DNA of 42,002 nt from Pseudomonadota bacterium (GTDB lineage: Bacteria > Pseudomonadota > Gammaproteobacteria > Eutrophobiales > Eutrophobiaceae), in the NCBI GenBank assembly GCA_022562175.1, contig JADFPU010000003.1, positions 2,608-44,609 on the forward strand. The letters are read 5' to 3'. Below are positions 30,075-39,840 of this stretch, in pieces. Every line of letters starts with the position of its first letter. The stretch's first letter is position 1. The translations under genes were made by a program, and so were the position numbers. The notes under the pieces were generated by a model, which saw only the letters and a program-made list of their open reading frames with translations, was not told where the DNA came from and did not search any database.

Positions 30075-32582
30075 ATGAGTGGTCTAACTGTTATCCTTGT
30101 CTATATTATTGGCGCCACCGCGCTTGCTTATCATAGAGAGAGCCTGAGAACGGCGGCCATTGCAAATACTGTCTTAGTGTTTATTTATTTGCTGTTTGGG
30201 GCCGGTTCATGGATATGGACGATACTGCTGCTTATCAGCGCGCTCATCCTTGCTCTATTGAGCCTTGAAAATTTTCGTCAGGCAAAAATCACCCGACCTG
30301 TATTTGAATGGTATAAGCGTGCGTTACCGGCCATTTCCGAAACGGAACAGGAAGCACTTGATGCCGGTACGGTCTGGTGGGATGGCGAGTTGTTTTCCGG
30401 CAAGCCCGACTGGGACAAATTGTTATCGATCGGCAAGCCGGGCCTGACCGAACAAGAACAGGCATTTATCGACGGACCGCTGGAACAACTCTGTCAGATG
30501 GTGGACAGTTGGAAGATAAATTTTGTCTGGGCTGATATTCCAACCGAGGTTGTTGATTTCATCAAGCAGAATAAATTTCTAGGCATGATTATTCCCCGGC
30601 AATACGGTGGACTGGAATTATCTACTGTTGCCCAAACAGAAGTAATCACCAAGCTGTTTGGTATCAGCAGTGTTGTTGGTAATTTCATTAGCGTACCGAA
30701 TTCACTGGGGCCGGGTGAATTGTTAGTCAAATATGGCACTGATGAGCAAAAGCATCATTACCTGCCGAGACTGGCCAGTGGTGAGGATATTCCCTGTTTT
30801 GCGCTGACTGCACCCCTGGCCGGCTCTGATGCCACCTCGATTCCGGATACCGGTGTGGTCTGCAAGGGACAGTGGCAAGGCGAGCAGATCATCGGTATGC
30901 GACTTAACTTTGATAAGCGCTATATCACGCTGGCGCCGATCACGACCCTGGTCGGTCTGGCGTTCAAGCTGAAAGATCCTGACCATCTGATTGGCAATAT
31001 CGACGACTATGGAATCACCTGTGCACTGATCCCCGCTGATATTCCGGGTATGCAACTTGGTAATCGGCACTTACCGATGGGCGATCCATTTATGAATGGT
31101 CCGGTACGCGGTAAGGATATATTTGTGCCACTTGATTTTATTATCGGTGGCAAGGAAATGGCCGGTAAGGGTTGGCGCATGCTGGTGAACTGCCTGTCGG
31201 TCGGTCGCGTGGTGGCATTGCCCTCCGTGTCAAATTGCCTGGCCAAACGTGCCCTGGCCGGTTGCAGTGCCTATAGCCGGATACGTCGTCAATTCAATAT
31301 GCCTATTGCCGAGTTTGAAGGGATCCAGAAACCACTCGCCCGTATTGCGGGATTTAGTTACATCATCAATGCTGCACGTCTGCACACCGCACAGGCTGTT
31401 GATATGGGCTCCAAACCGTCCGTGCCATCCGCGATACTGAAATATCATTGCACCGAGATGGCCCGGCAGATCAGTATAGATGCCACTGATATACATGGCG
31501 GCAAGGCCATCATGAAAGGTCCGAAGAATTATCTTGCGTTCGCTTACGAATCGATGCCAGTCGCGATCACTGTCGAGGGCGCCAACATCATGACTCGCAG
31601 TCTGATGATCTTTGGTCAGGGGGTGACGCGTTGTCATCCTTATGTGTTAAAGGAAATGAATATTGCCAAACAGGACACATCAGACCAGACCATAGCGGAA
31701 TTCGACGATGCCTTTTTTAATCATATTGGATTTACCTGTACCAATGCAGCCCATGCGCTGGTTTATGGTCTTAGCGGTTCATTGTTTTCCCCGGCGCCGG
31801 CCGGCTCACCGATGAAACGTTATTTTCAACACGTAAACAGGCTAAGTGCCGCATTTGCGCTCATAACGGATGCTGCCATGATCACCATGCAGTCCTCATT
31901 AAAACGCCGCGAGATGATCTCCGCCCGGCTGGGTGATTTATTGAGCATGTTGTATCTGATCAGCATGGTATTGAAACACTATGAGGATGATGGCTGCCCG
32001 GCAGATGATCTACCGTTGGCTGAATGGTCGTGCCAATATCTGCTCAACTGTTATCAACAGGCGATGCATGAGCTGCTGCAAAACTTTCCCAGCCAGCTCG
32101 TTGCAGTACAGATGCGCCTGCTTATCTTTCCTGTAGGGCAATGGTTCAATAAACCTTCTGATAAGCTTGAAACCCGGATTGCAAACCTGGTGACCACAGA
32201 CACAGAGACTCGCAGGCGACTTATTGCCGGTATCTATATAACAGCTGCCGACAACAATCCGTTAGGCCGCTTGAACGATGTTTTTATGGAAACTGCCGAA
32301 GTTGCCCCGCTGGAGAAGAAACTGCGTGATGCTGTTAAGGCCGGCAAACTTGAACGTCTACTCGGCGTTGAACTGATCGATGCCGCCGAGCAAGCAGAGC
32401 TATTATCTAAAGAGGAAGCTAAGCAACTAGGTGAATATCATGCCCGTGTGATGGATATCATCAATGTTGATGAATTCCCCTACGATGGATTTGCCAGAGA
32501 AGCCCTGCCCGGGAAAACGCAAACAAGGAAGCGCAAGACCCGGGCAAGGAAAAAAACCGGTAAGGCTACTGCTAAAGACTAA
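30075..32582 (+). CDS. fadE: Membrane-anchored acyl-CoA dehydrogenase, FadE type
   Basis: N-terminal TMs, EALDAGTVWW, VPNSLGPGELL, CFALT..AGSDA, KRYITLAP and ITVEGANI. Confidence 0.93.
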   Translation: MSGLTVILVYIIGATALAYHRESLRTAAIANTVLVFIYLLFGAGSWIWTILLLISALILALLSLENFRQAKITRPVFEWYKRALPAISETEQEALDAGTVWWDGELFSGKPDWDKLLSIGKPGLTEQEQAFIDGPLEQLCQMVDSWKINFVWADIPTEVVDFIKQNKFLGMIIPRQYGGLELSTVAQTEVITKLFGISSVVGNFISVPNSLGPGELLVKYGTDEQKHHYLPRLASGEDIPCFALTAPLAGSDATSIPDTGVVCKGQWQGEQIIGMRLNFDKRYITLAPITTLVGLAFKLKDPDHLIGNIDDYGITCALIPADIPGMQLGNRHLPMGDPFMNGPVRGKDIFVPLDFIIGGKEMAGKGWRMLVNCLSVGRVVALPSVSNCLAKRALAGCSAYSRIRRQFNMPIAEFEGIQKPLARIAGFSYIINAARLHTAQAVDMGSKPSVPSAILKYHCTEMARQISIDATDIHGGKAIMKGPKNYLAFAYESMPVAITVEGANIMTRSLMIFGQGVTRCHPYVLKEMNIAKQDTSDQTIAEFDDAFFNHIGFTCTNAAHALVYGLSGSLFSPAPAGSPMKRYFQHVNRLSAAFALITDAAMITMQSSLKRREMISARLGDLLSMLYLISMVLKHYEDDGCPADDLPLAEWSCQYLLNCYQQAMHELLQNFPSQLVAVQMRLLIFPVGQWFNKPSDKLETRIANLVTTDTETRRRLIAGIYITAADNNPLGRLNDVFMETAEVAPLEKKLRDAVKAGKLERLLGVELIDAAEQAELLSKEEAKQLGEYHARVMDIINVDEFPYDGFAREALPGKTQTRKRKTRARKKTGKATAKD

Positions 32583-32598
32583 CCCTGTATTCTGATAA

Positions 32599-33684
32599 AT
32601 GTTTCGTGTGGCGTCAGGCATTATTATTATACTCTCCTTGTTGCTGCCGCCATACCTGGCAGTCTGGCTGGCAGGACATGAGCTGTCACTTTATTTAAAT
32701 TTTCCGTTTATCACGCCGCCTGCACAGCATGAAGCGTTTTCATGGTCCGTCTGGTGGTTGATGGTGATATTTGTCTTCGTCGTCTCTCTACCCTTCCTGG
32801 TGCATGCATTGCGCGTCACGATTAAAATAAAACCATCTCAAAAGGATTATTATTTTCCCGTTTGGGGTATTGTTGCATTTATCCTGTTAATCGTTTTCTG
32901 GATCCTGGCCTGGAACCGTTTTACCTGGTTTGCATCGTTACAAGTATATACGTTTACTCCACTCTGGTTATGCTACATTGTAATCGTTAATGCCATCACA
33001 ACTTATCGAAAAGGCCATTGCCTTCTCGTCAAACAACCCTCTTACCTGCTTGGCCTGTTTATCCTGAGTAGTATCTTCTGGTGGTATTACGAATACTTGA
33101 ATGGATTTATAAAAAACTGGTATTACGTCGGTATCGATCAACTCACAACCACCGAATACGTTTTCCATTCCACACTTGCCTACGCCACGGTTTTACCTGC
33201 CGTCATAAGTACCATTGAATTATTAAATACCTTGCCTCGACTTAATCAGCCTTTTACAAAATTCCGGGCATGGCAACTGCCAAATCCAAAAGCCTGGGCA
33301 ATAGCAAACTGGATTGGCGGATGTGTCGTGTTGGGCATGGCCGTAACGTATCCGGAACAATTATTTATGCTCGTCTGGATAGCCCCCCTGTTCATCATCG
33401 TTGGCGCACGTACTATGCTGGGTCAACCAACATTGTATTCATCACTGGCAAAACGTGACTGGCGATCGGTTGTTCTACCCGCGACTGCTGCATTGATATG
33501 TGGTTTTTTCTGGGAACTGTGGAATTCACAAAGTTTTGCCCACTGGCAATACAACATCCCCTATGTTGACAGGTTCCTCCTGTTTGAGATGCCTGCAATC
33601 GGTTATGCAGGTTATCTGCCCTTTGGCCTGGTCTGTCTTGCCATTGCCGAGTTATTGCCCGATACAGATCGACTCTTCAGGTAG
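32599..33684 (+). CDS. Uncharacterised polytopic membrane protein
   Basis: About 10 TMs, aromatic-rich; repeated FW.(Y/L)E..N....W.Y-like motif; FEMPAIGYAGYLPFG. Confidence 0.8.
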   Translation: MFRVASGIIIILSLLLPPYLAVWLAGHELSLYLNFPFITPPAQHEAFSWSVWWLMVIFVFVVSLPFLVHALRVTIKIKPSQKDYYFPVWGIVAFILLIVFWILAWNRFTWFASLQVYTFTPLWLCYIVIVNAITTYRKGHCLLVKQPSYLLGLFILSSIFWWYYEYLNGFIKNWYYVGIDQLTTTEYVFHSTLAYATVLPAVISTIELLNTLPRLNQPFTKFRAWQLPNPKAWAIANWIGGCVVLGMAVTYPEQLFMLVWIAPLFIIVGARTMLGQPTLYSSLAKRDWRSVVLPATAALICGFFWELWNSQSFAHWQYNIPYVDRFLLFEMPAIGYAGYLPFGLVCLAIAELLPDTDRLFR

Positions 33685-33696
33685 GGGCCCAGGAAC

Positions 33697-33742
33697 AGGG
33701 GGCTTTGGGTTGACTTGAACCGCCGACCTCAGCAATATGAAT
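33697..33742 (-). pseudogene. Degenerate 3' half of an elongator tRNA-Met(CAT); possible old att site
   Basis: Minus strand reads A-TTCATAT-TGCTG-AGGTC-GGCGG-TTCAAGT-CAACC-CAAAGCC-CCCT, with exact tRNA spacing from the anticodon loop to the acceptor end. No 5' half is present. Confidence 0.6.
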
Positions 33743-33772
33743 CTAGGTTCATATATTGAAATACAATTAAGG

Positions 33773-36541
33773 ATGCATAAACACATACTCATATCGTTGT
33801 TGCTTATTTTCACTATCATGCTGACAGGCTGTGGTGCAGGTTTGTCACCGGCAGAACATTTGCAACGGGCGAAGGAATACCGTACCGGGGGTAATCTCAA
33901 TGCAGGTATTATTGAGTTAAAAAATGTATTGCAATCAGAGCCTGGCCATGCCGAGGCGCGTTGGTTGCTGGGCGAATTATATCTCGAGCAAGGCAACGGC
34001 GCCGCAGCGCTCAAGGAACTGGAAAGAGCAAAAGAGCTTGGCCGAAATACACCAGAACTCAAGATCGCCTTGTTACAAAGCTTGCTGTTGCAACAACAAT
34101 ACCTGGAAGTCATCCTGAAGACCCCGTCCGTGGACGATAAAAGCGCAACCACCGAGTTGCTGACCCTGAGGGGTGAGGCACATATGGGGCTGAATAAACT
34201 CGACCGGGCAAAGCAGGTATTTGAAAGGGCAATAGAACTCGATCCGGTTTACATGGCAGCACGCCTGGCAATGGTCCGCCTGGCTCTGCGTGGAGGTAAA
34301 TTCGATGATGCGCAGCAACAGCTTGATCATATAGAGCAACAAGACAAAACAAATATCAAGCTTTGGTTACTGCGTGGGGCACTGGCCTTGCAGATGCAAT
34401 CAGCAGAACAGGCGGAGGCCGCCTATCGACAGGCGCTCGCTATTTCTGAAAATGAACCTGTAGCACAGCTGGGACTTGCCCGCGCACTGATTGGCCAAAG
34501 TAATTTTGCTGAATCACGTGAGTTAATTGAAAGGTTCAAACAACAGTTTACCAATAATCCAGTAGCAAACGTTCTGCTTGCCAGCATAGAACTACAACAA
34601 AAAAACAGGGAAAAGGCCAAAGATGCACTGCTGCAGGTAACCAGGGTTGTGCCGAACAATCCACAGGCCTTGATGATGCTGGCGACAATATACTATGAAG
34701 ATGGTCAGTTACAGCAGGCTGCACAACATCTGCAGCGATTTCAGGCAGCTTTCCCCAACTATTTACCTGCACAAAAGCTGGCTGCAGCGATAGAACTCCG
34801 GCTTGGCAAACCCGCCGATGCAATCAAATCGTTGCGCCTGGTCATCGATCAGGCGAGTAATGATCCGCAATTTTTTGCCTTGCTTGGCAATGCTTATTTG
34901 CGCAATGGTGAAGTCGATGAAGGCACTGCCTATCTTTCTCATGCCGCAGAGATGGCGCCTGAGCAGGCCTCAATAAAAACTCAACTGGCCCTGGGTAAAC
35001 TCAGTTCAGGTGATGCCGAACAGGCGATCGTGGAGCTGGAGTCTGCTGTCGAACTGGATCCGGAGCTTATCCAGGCGGACATCCTGCTTGGCCTGATCCA
35101 CCTGCGTCGGCAGGAGTATGTCAAAGCGCTTGAAGTCGGCAAGCGATCGGTTGAAAAGCACAGTGACAACCCGCTTTTCTATAATCTAATGGGGGCCGCA
35201 TACCTGGGACAGAAAGAGTATGAGTCAGCGGCCTCTCAATTTAACCGTGCACTGGAAGTTGATCCGGAATTCTCACCAGCCATGAACAACCTCGCAAACA
35301 TTGATTATCTACAGAAGAATACCGAGGCAGCAAGGAAAAAATTCGAAGCAGTGTTACAGATCAATGAAAAAAATATCCAGGCCCTGATCGGACTTGCCCG
35401 GATCGCAGGAGATGCCAATGATGCCAGCGGCTATACCCGTCACCTGGAAAAAGCCCGGCGAGCGAATAGCCATGTATTAGCACCACGTTTATTGCTAGCG
35501 AATTATTATCTGACAACGGGTGATTTTGAAAGCGGACTGGATATTGCCAGGGAGGCGCGTGACATAGCGCCTGAACGGCCGGCCATCCTGACTTTGTTGG
35601 GAAAGTTGGAACATGGTACAGGTAATTATAATGCTGCGATTGAAACCTTCAGTAAAGTCGTTGCAGCACAGCCTGAGTCTGCGGAAGACTATTTCCTGCT
35701 CGGACTTGCCCAGAGGCAGGCCAATCAACCCGTTAAAGCCAGGTCTTCATGGCAGAAGTCCCTTGAGTTGCAACCGGGTAATATATTGGTATTGAGTGGC
35801 CTGGCCTCAATGGACATGCAATCAGGGAAGTATGATGACGCCATGGCACGCGTTTCTGAGATCAAGGCAACGCATCCGAAATCACCGGAAGGTGACGCCA
35901 TTGAAGGCGATATTAATATGGCCCGGGGACAAATACCGGACGGCTTAAAAGCCTATGAACGCGCCTTCAATATACAACAGACAAGTATTTTGGCTATAAA
36001 ACTTTATCAGGCACGTTTACAAAGTGATGATCAGGCCGGTGCACAAAAAAGCTTGATTGCATGGATCAAACAGCATCCACAGGACATTGCTACGAAACTC
36101 GTATATGCGGGGTCGCAGCTGCAAGCAGGTAATTCGGCAACCGCAATCCGTTTGTATGAGGAAATCCTCAGGCAATCACCTGATAATATTGTCGCACTCA
36201 ATAATCTGGCGTGGTTGTATCACGAAAACAAGGATCCACGGGCGCTGGAGCTCGCCCAACGTGCGTATAAACTCAAACCCGATATGCTCAGTGTGGTGGA
36301 TACCCTGGCCTGGGTGCTTATCGAACAGGGACAAGTCGAGCGAGGTCTCACATTACTACAACCCGTGGTGACAGGCGACGGGGTAGAGCCGAGTATTCGT
36401 TATCATTATGCAGTCGGCCTGGCAAAGTCAGGAGAAACTGATAACGCCAGGGCAGAGTTAAACAGGCTGTTAAGCAGTAATGAGACGTTTCAGGAACGCC
36501 AAGACGCGGCACAATTACTCAAATCCCTGAATAAAAAATAA
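33773..36541 (+). CDS. prsT: XrtA/PEP-CTERM system TPR lipoprotein PrsT-like
   Basis: Lipobox LTGC, IIELKNVLQ..P...EARWLLG, many TPRs, ALNNLAWLY, DTLAWVL and IRYHYA; about 920 aa. Confidence 0.85.
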   Translation: MHKHILISLLLIFTIMLTGCGAGLSPAEHLQRAKEYRTGGNLNAGIIELKNVLQSEPGHAEARWLLGELYLEQGNGAAALKELERAKELGRNTPELKIALLQSLLLQQQYLEVILKTPSVDDKSATTELLTLRGEAHMGLNKLDRAKQVFERAIELDPVYMAARLAMVRLALRGGKFDDAQQQLDHIEQQDKTNIKLWLLRGALALQMQSAEQAEAAYRQALAISENEPVAQLGLARALIGQSNFAESRELIERFKQQFTNNPVANVLLASIELQQKNREKAKDALLQVTRVVPNNPQALMMLATIYYEDGQLQQAAQHLQRFQAAFPNYLPAQKLAAAIELRLGKPADAIKSLRLVIDQASNDPQFFALLGNAYLRNGEVDEGTAYLSHAAEMAPEQASIKTQLALGKLSSGDAEQAIVELESAVELDPELIQADILLGLIHLRRQEYVKALEVGKRSVEKHSDNPLFYNLMGAAYLGQKEYESAASQFNRALEVDPEFSPAMNNLANIDYLQKNTEAARKKFEAVLQINEKNIQALIGLARIAGDANDASGYTRHLEKARRANSHVLAPRLLLANYYLTTGDFESGLDIAREARDIAPERPAILTLLGKLEHGTGNYNAAIETFSKVVAAQPESAEDYFLLGLAQRQANQPVKARSSWQKSLELQPGNILVLSGLASMDMQSGKYDDAMARVSEIKATHPKSPEGDAIEGDINMARGQIPDGLKAYERAFNIQQTSILAIKLYQARLQSDDQAGAQKSLIAWIKQHPQDIATKLVYAGSQLQAGNSATAIRLYEEILRQSPDNIVALNNLAWLYHENKDPRALELAQRAYKLKPDMLSVVDTLAWVLIEQGQVERGLTLLQPVVTGDGVEPSIRYHYAVGLAKSGETDNARAELNRLLSSNETFQERQDAAQLLKSLNKK

Positions 36542-36677
36542 GGGGACCTTCTGTATACGCTCTGTTTGTGATAAATCAATACGCATGAACATGGAGCAGG
36601 TCATCGGTACGCCGAACTGGTACATGTGGAGACCGAAGCGGCGCAGGGGCCTTGCTATCAAACACCGATGATGATTA

Positions 36678-37472
36678 ATGAGCAATAAACAACGAGAAAA
36701 TTTTCTGGGATTTGCAACGGAAATCGTCGAGGCTGCGGGCAGGATTGCGCTGCAGTATTTCCGTTCGCCTATTGAAGTGGATAGTAAAACAGGCAAAGCG
36801 AATTTTGATCCAGTGACCGCGGCTGATCGGGAAATAGAGGCTTTTATTCGGACAAAAATTATAGAAGTCTATCCGGGCCACTCGATAATTGGTGAGGAGC
36901 AGGAAGATAGTCAAGGTTCGGAAGATTTTAAGTGGATCATCGATCCTATCGATGGTACGCGTGCCTTTATATCGGGCTCACCGATGTGGGGAATTTTACT
37001 CGGTTTGATGGAGGGCGATAAGCCCGTACTGGGGTTGATGCATCAACCCTATCTTCAAGAAACGTTTGTTGGCAGTCGTGCAGGTGCTTTCATACGGAAG
37101 TCTGCTACGGATCAGTCAATCAATACTCGCAGCACAAGTGAATTAACAGATGCAACCTTGTACTGCACACATCCTTCCATGTTTAGCTCGGAGCATGATC
37201 TGAAGGCTTTTAATGATGTCGCAGCGAATTGTCAGTTAATGCGCTTTGGCGGAGATTGCTATGCGTATTGCATGTTGGCGCATGGCTTGATTGATCTGGT
37301 CATTGAAGGTGGGCTGCAGCCCTATGATATTATCCCGCTTATCCCCATTATTGAGGCTGCGGGGGGCATCGTTACCAATTGGCAAGGAGGCTCGGCATTA
37401 AGCGGTGGCAATGTCATCGCTGCAGCGAATGCGGGCTTGCATGAAAAGGCGATGATGCTTCTGTCGGGCTAG
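36678..37472 (+). CDS. hisN: Histidinol-phosphatase, inositol monophosphatase family
   Basis: FDPVTAADR, GEE, WIIDPIDGTRAFISG, FGGDCYAY and LQPYDI. Confidence 0.85.
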   Translation: MSNKQRENFLGFATEIVEAAGRIALQYFRSPIEVDSKTGKANFDPVTAADREIEAFIRTKIIEVYPGHSIIGEEQEDSQGSEDFKWIIDPIDGTRAFISGSPMWGILLGLMEGDKPVLGLMHQPYLQETFVGSRAGAFIRKSATDQSINTRSTSELTDATLYCTHPSMFSSEHDLKAFNDVAANCQLMRFGGDCYAYCMLAHGLIDLVIEGGLQPYDIIPLIPIIEAAGGIVTNWQGGSALSGGNVIAAANAGLHEKAMMLLSG

Positions 37473-37529
37473 CCCGCGTATTGCACGAGTTGTCGCCCAT
37501 TGTCATGCCGGACTAAGTGGAGGGGTGTT

Positions 37530-38441
37530 TTATCCGACTGCAGATTCCTGTTGGCTGATGTTTAATTGCTGCATGAAATCATCGACCAGTAATTGTGCGA
37601 TATTGTCTTTGCAGACTGATTGCAGACCACGCCAGGCGGGCACGCTGTTTACCTCCAGCACCATAAACTGATTTTCCGCATCAGCAATAATGTCAACGCC
37701 GGCATAATATGCGCCGGTTGCCCGTGTCGCATCTTCAGCCAGGTTACGTAACTGCTCCGTTAGCACGGCAGGTAAACACTTGCCACCACGCGCGCGGTTG
37801 GTTATCCAATGCTCGGAAATCCTTTCCATGGCTGCCACAGCCTGACCATTGATGACCAGTACACGCCAGTCTCGGCCTGATTGATTCTGTTGGGCAACAT
37901 AAGATTGTAGATAATAGACACCGTTTATCTGTTCAGGGGCAGGAAGTTGCGTAGCTGATTCTATTAGCTGTAGACCTCGACCACAGTTCCCAAACAAGGG
38001 TTTCAGTACCAGCTTCCTGCCTGCGGCAGTCTCTTTTTCTACAACAGCAAGTGCATCAGACTCTGATTCACAGACCCAGGCAGGCGGCGATGCTATATCT
38101 GAGCGCGCCAGCAAAAAACTGGTCATGCCTTTATCAACCGTTTGCTCAATAATACGTGCGTCGTTGTAGACCAGAATGCCCAGGTCGGTCAGCGCATGCA
38201 GGATATCAAGTCTGAATGACACCTCCTCAAAACCACCGCCCGGCACTGCTCTTACAAACACCGCATCCGGCAGCGTGTCGGAAAAGCCCGGGATATCGAG
38301 GCCGATCCGGCCCGAGTTAAAGCCAATACGACATTCAGAAAGCGATAGGATTGTTACCCTGGCATTATATTTTTTGAGGGCCTGACAGAGTGATTGTTCA
38401 TGCCAGCCTTTATTATTGGAAAAGATGATAATATTTTTCAT
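37530..38441 (-). CDS. RimK-family ATP-grasp glutamate ligase, Orf5-like (H4MPT/methylofuran C1 cofactor cluster)
   Basis: VFVRAVPGG..E.VSFRLDILHAL, VDKGMTSFLL, KPLFG, DWRVLV and EVNSVPAW. Confidence 0.82.
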   Translation of the reverse strand: MKNIIIFSNNKGWHEQSLCQALKKYNARVTILSLSECRIGFNSGRIGLDIPGFSDTLPDAVFVRAVPGGGFEEVSFRLDILHALTDLGILVYNDARIIEQTVDKGMTSFLLARSDIASPPAWVCESESDALAVVEKETAAGRKLVLKPLFGNCGRGLQLIESATQLPAPEQINGVYYLQSYVAQQNQSGRDWRVLVINGQAVAAMERISEHWITNRARGGKCLPAVLTEQLRNLAEDATRATGAYYAGVDIIADAENQFMVLEVNSVPAWRGLQSVCKDNIAQLLVDDFMQQLNISQQESAVG

Positions 38442-38545
38442 CAGGGTCGTATTCGTTTTGTAAAACCGGCATGAAGATAAATGTATGAACCGTTATTGTT
38501 ACAAACACTGAGATAATAGCAACGATAACCTTTGATAAATGATCA

Positions 38546-39694
38546 ATGCAAGATAAGCGTCTACTTATTATTGGTGCGAGTGCACGTGCCGCTTGCTTCT
38601 CTGCGTCCCGCGCCGGGTTTGAGCCGTACTGGATCGATCAGTTCGGTGATTGTGATCTCAGCAATGCATTTGACGGCAACAGAGTCGCCAGTGAAGATTA
38701 CCCTGCCGGTATAATTAACTGTGTACAGGAATCACCTGATGCGCCCTGGCTATATACCGGGGCAATGGAGAATCACTTAAATGTGCTTGAGCAAGTGGCA
38801 CAGATGCGGCCACTGCTGGGAAACGACCGAGCTGTCTGTGTGCAAGTGCGTGACCCTGTGAGATTGGCAGCATGTGTGAGCCGTGCAGGGATTGCAAGTC
38901 CGGAGATATTTACCCATGCAGATGTTCAGGCAGCACAACAGCGCTGCCTGATAAAGCCGGTTCACGGTGCCGGTGGTATGGGCATCTCCGTCTTTAATGA
39001 TGCGCAACAAATCCCGGCGCATCACTATCTACAGGAGTTTATAGAAGGCCAAAGTGTGTCAGCTGTCTTTATTGGCAACGCGGCCAAGGCTTGTTTACTT
39101 GGTGTGACGCGCCAACTTATCGGCGAGCCTGATTTTAATGCCGCAGCTTTTAACTATTGCGGCAGTATAGGTCCATTAGCACTCTCATCGACAGCAACGC
39201 ATCAGTGGTCAACGCTAGGCAATGCCCTGGTGAAGGAATTTGGTTTGCGTGGATTATTTGGTGTCGATGCGATCATGCAGCAGGATGTGATCTTCCCTGT
39301 CGAGGTGAACCCACGTTACACCGCCTCCGTTGAGGTGATTGAGTTGGCGACAGGTTTGCCTGTTATCGCCATGCATTGCCAGGCCTGCGCAGGTCTTTTG
39401 CCGGTGATTGAGGATAAACCGGTGCAGAAATTGATCGGTAAGGCCTATCTGTTTGCACCGCATGATTTGCAAATAACCGACATCCCGGCATCTCTGAATG
39501 CTGATGTTGGTGATGGTCTCCCATGTATAGCCGACATACCGGAGACCGGTGCAATAATTTATCAAGGCAAACCGGTCATGACCTTGCTGGTAGAAGCGGC
39601 AGATGAAGAAAAATGCCGGGTTATGTTAAAGCACGCAGTTTCACAACTTATGCAGACAGGTTGGCTGGTATGTTGTAGCCGCCTGTCAAGTTGA
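38546..39694 (+). CDS. ATP-grasp protein, COG2232/Orf1-like (H4MPT-linked)
   Basis: GASARAA..SA.RAG, DQFGDCD, KP..GAGG.GI, GLFGVD, EVNPRYTAS and DIP..G. Confidence 0.8.
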   Translation: MQDKRLLIIGASARAACFSASRAGFEPYWIDQFGDCDLSNAFDGNRVASEDYPAGIINCVQESPDAPWLYTGAMENHLNVLEQVAQMRPLLGNDRAVCVQVRDPVRLAACVSRAGIASPEIFTHADVQAAQQRCLIKPVHGAGGMGISVFNDAQQIPAHHYLQEFIEGQSVSAVFIGNAAKACLLGVTRQLIGEPDFNAAAFNYCGSIGPLALSSTATHQWSTLGNALVKEFGLRGLFGVDAIMQQDVIFPVEVNPRYTASVEVIELATGLPVIAMHCQACAGLLPVIEDKPVQKLIGKAYLFAPHDLQITDIPASLNADVGDGLPCIADIPETGAIIYQGKPVMTLLVEAADEEKCRVMLKHAVSQLMQTGWLVCCSRLSS

Positions 39695-39840
39695 AATTTG
39701 AGTCTTTGTATGACAGAAGCAATTATATATAACGAGATAGGGGTAGTTAGATGAAAAACACCATATAAATTTTCGTAGTGATCCCGTACACCGAGTGAAG
39801 TACTATGGGGGGAATTCGTTGATTATCCTGAAGAATCCCA

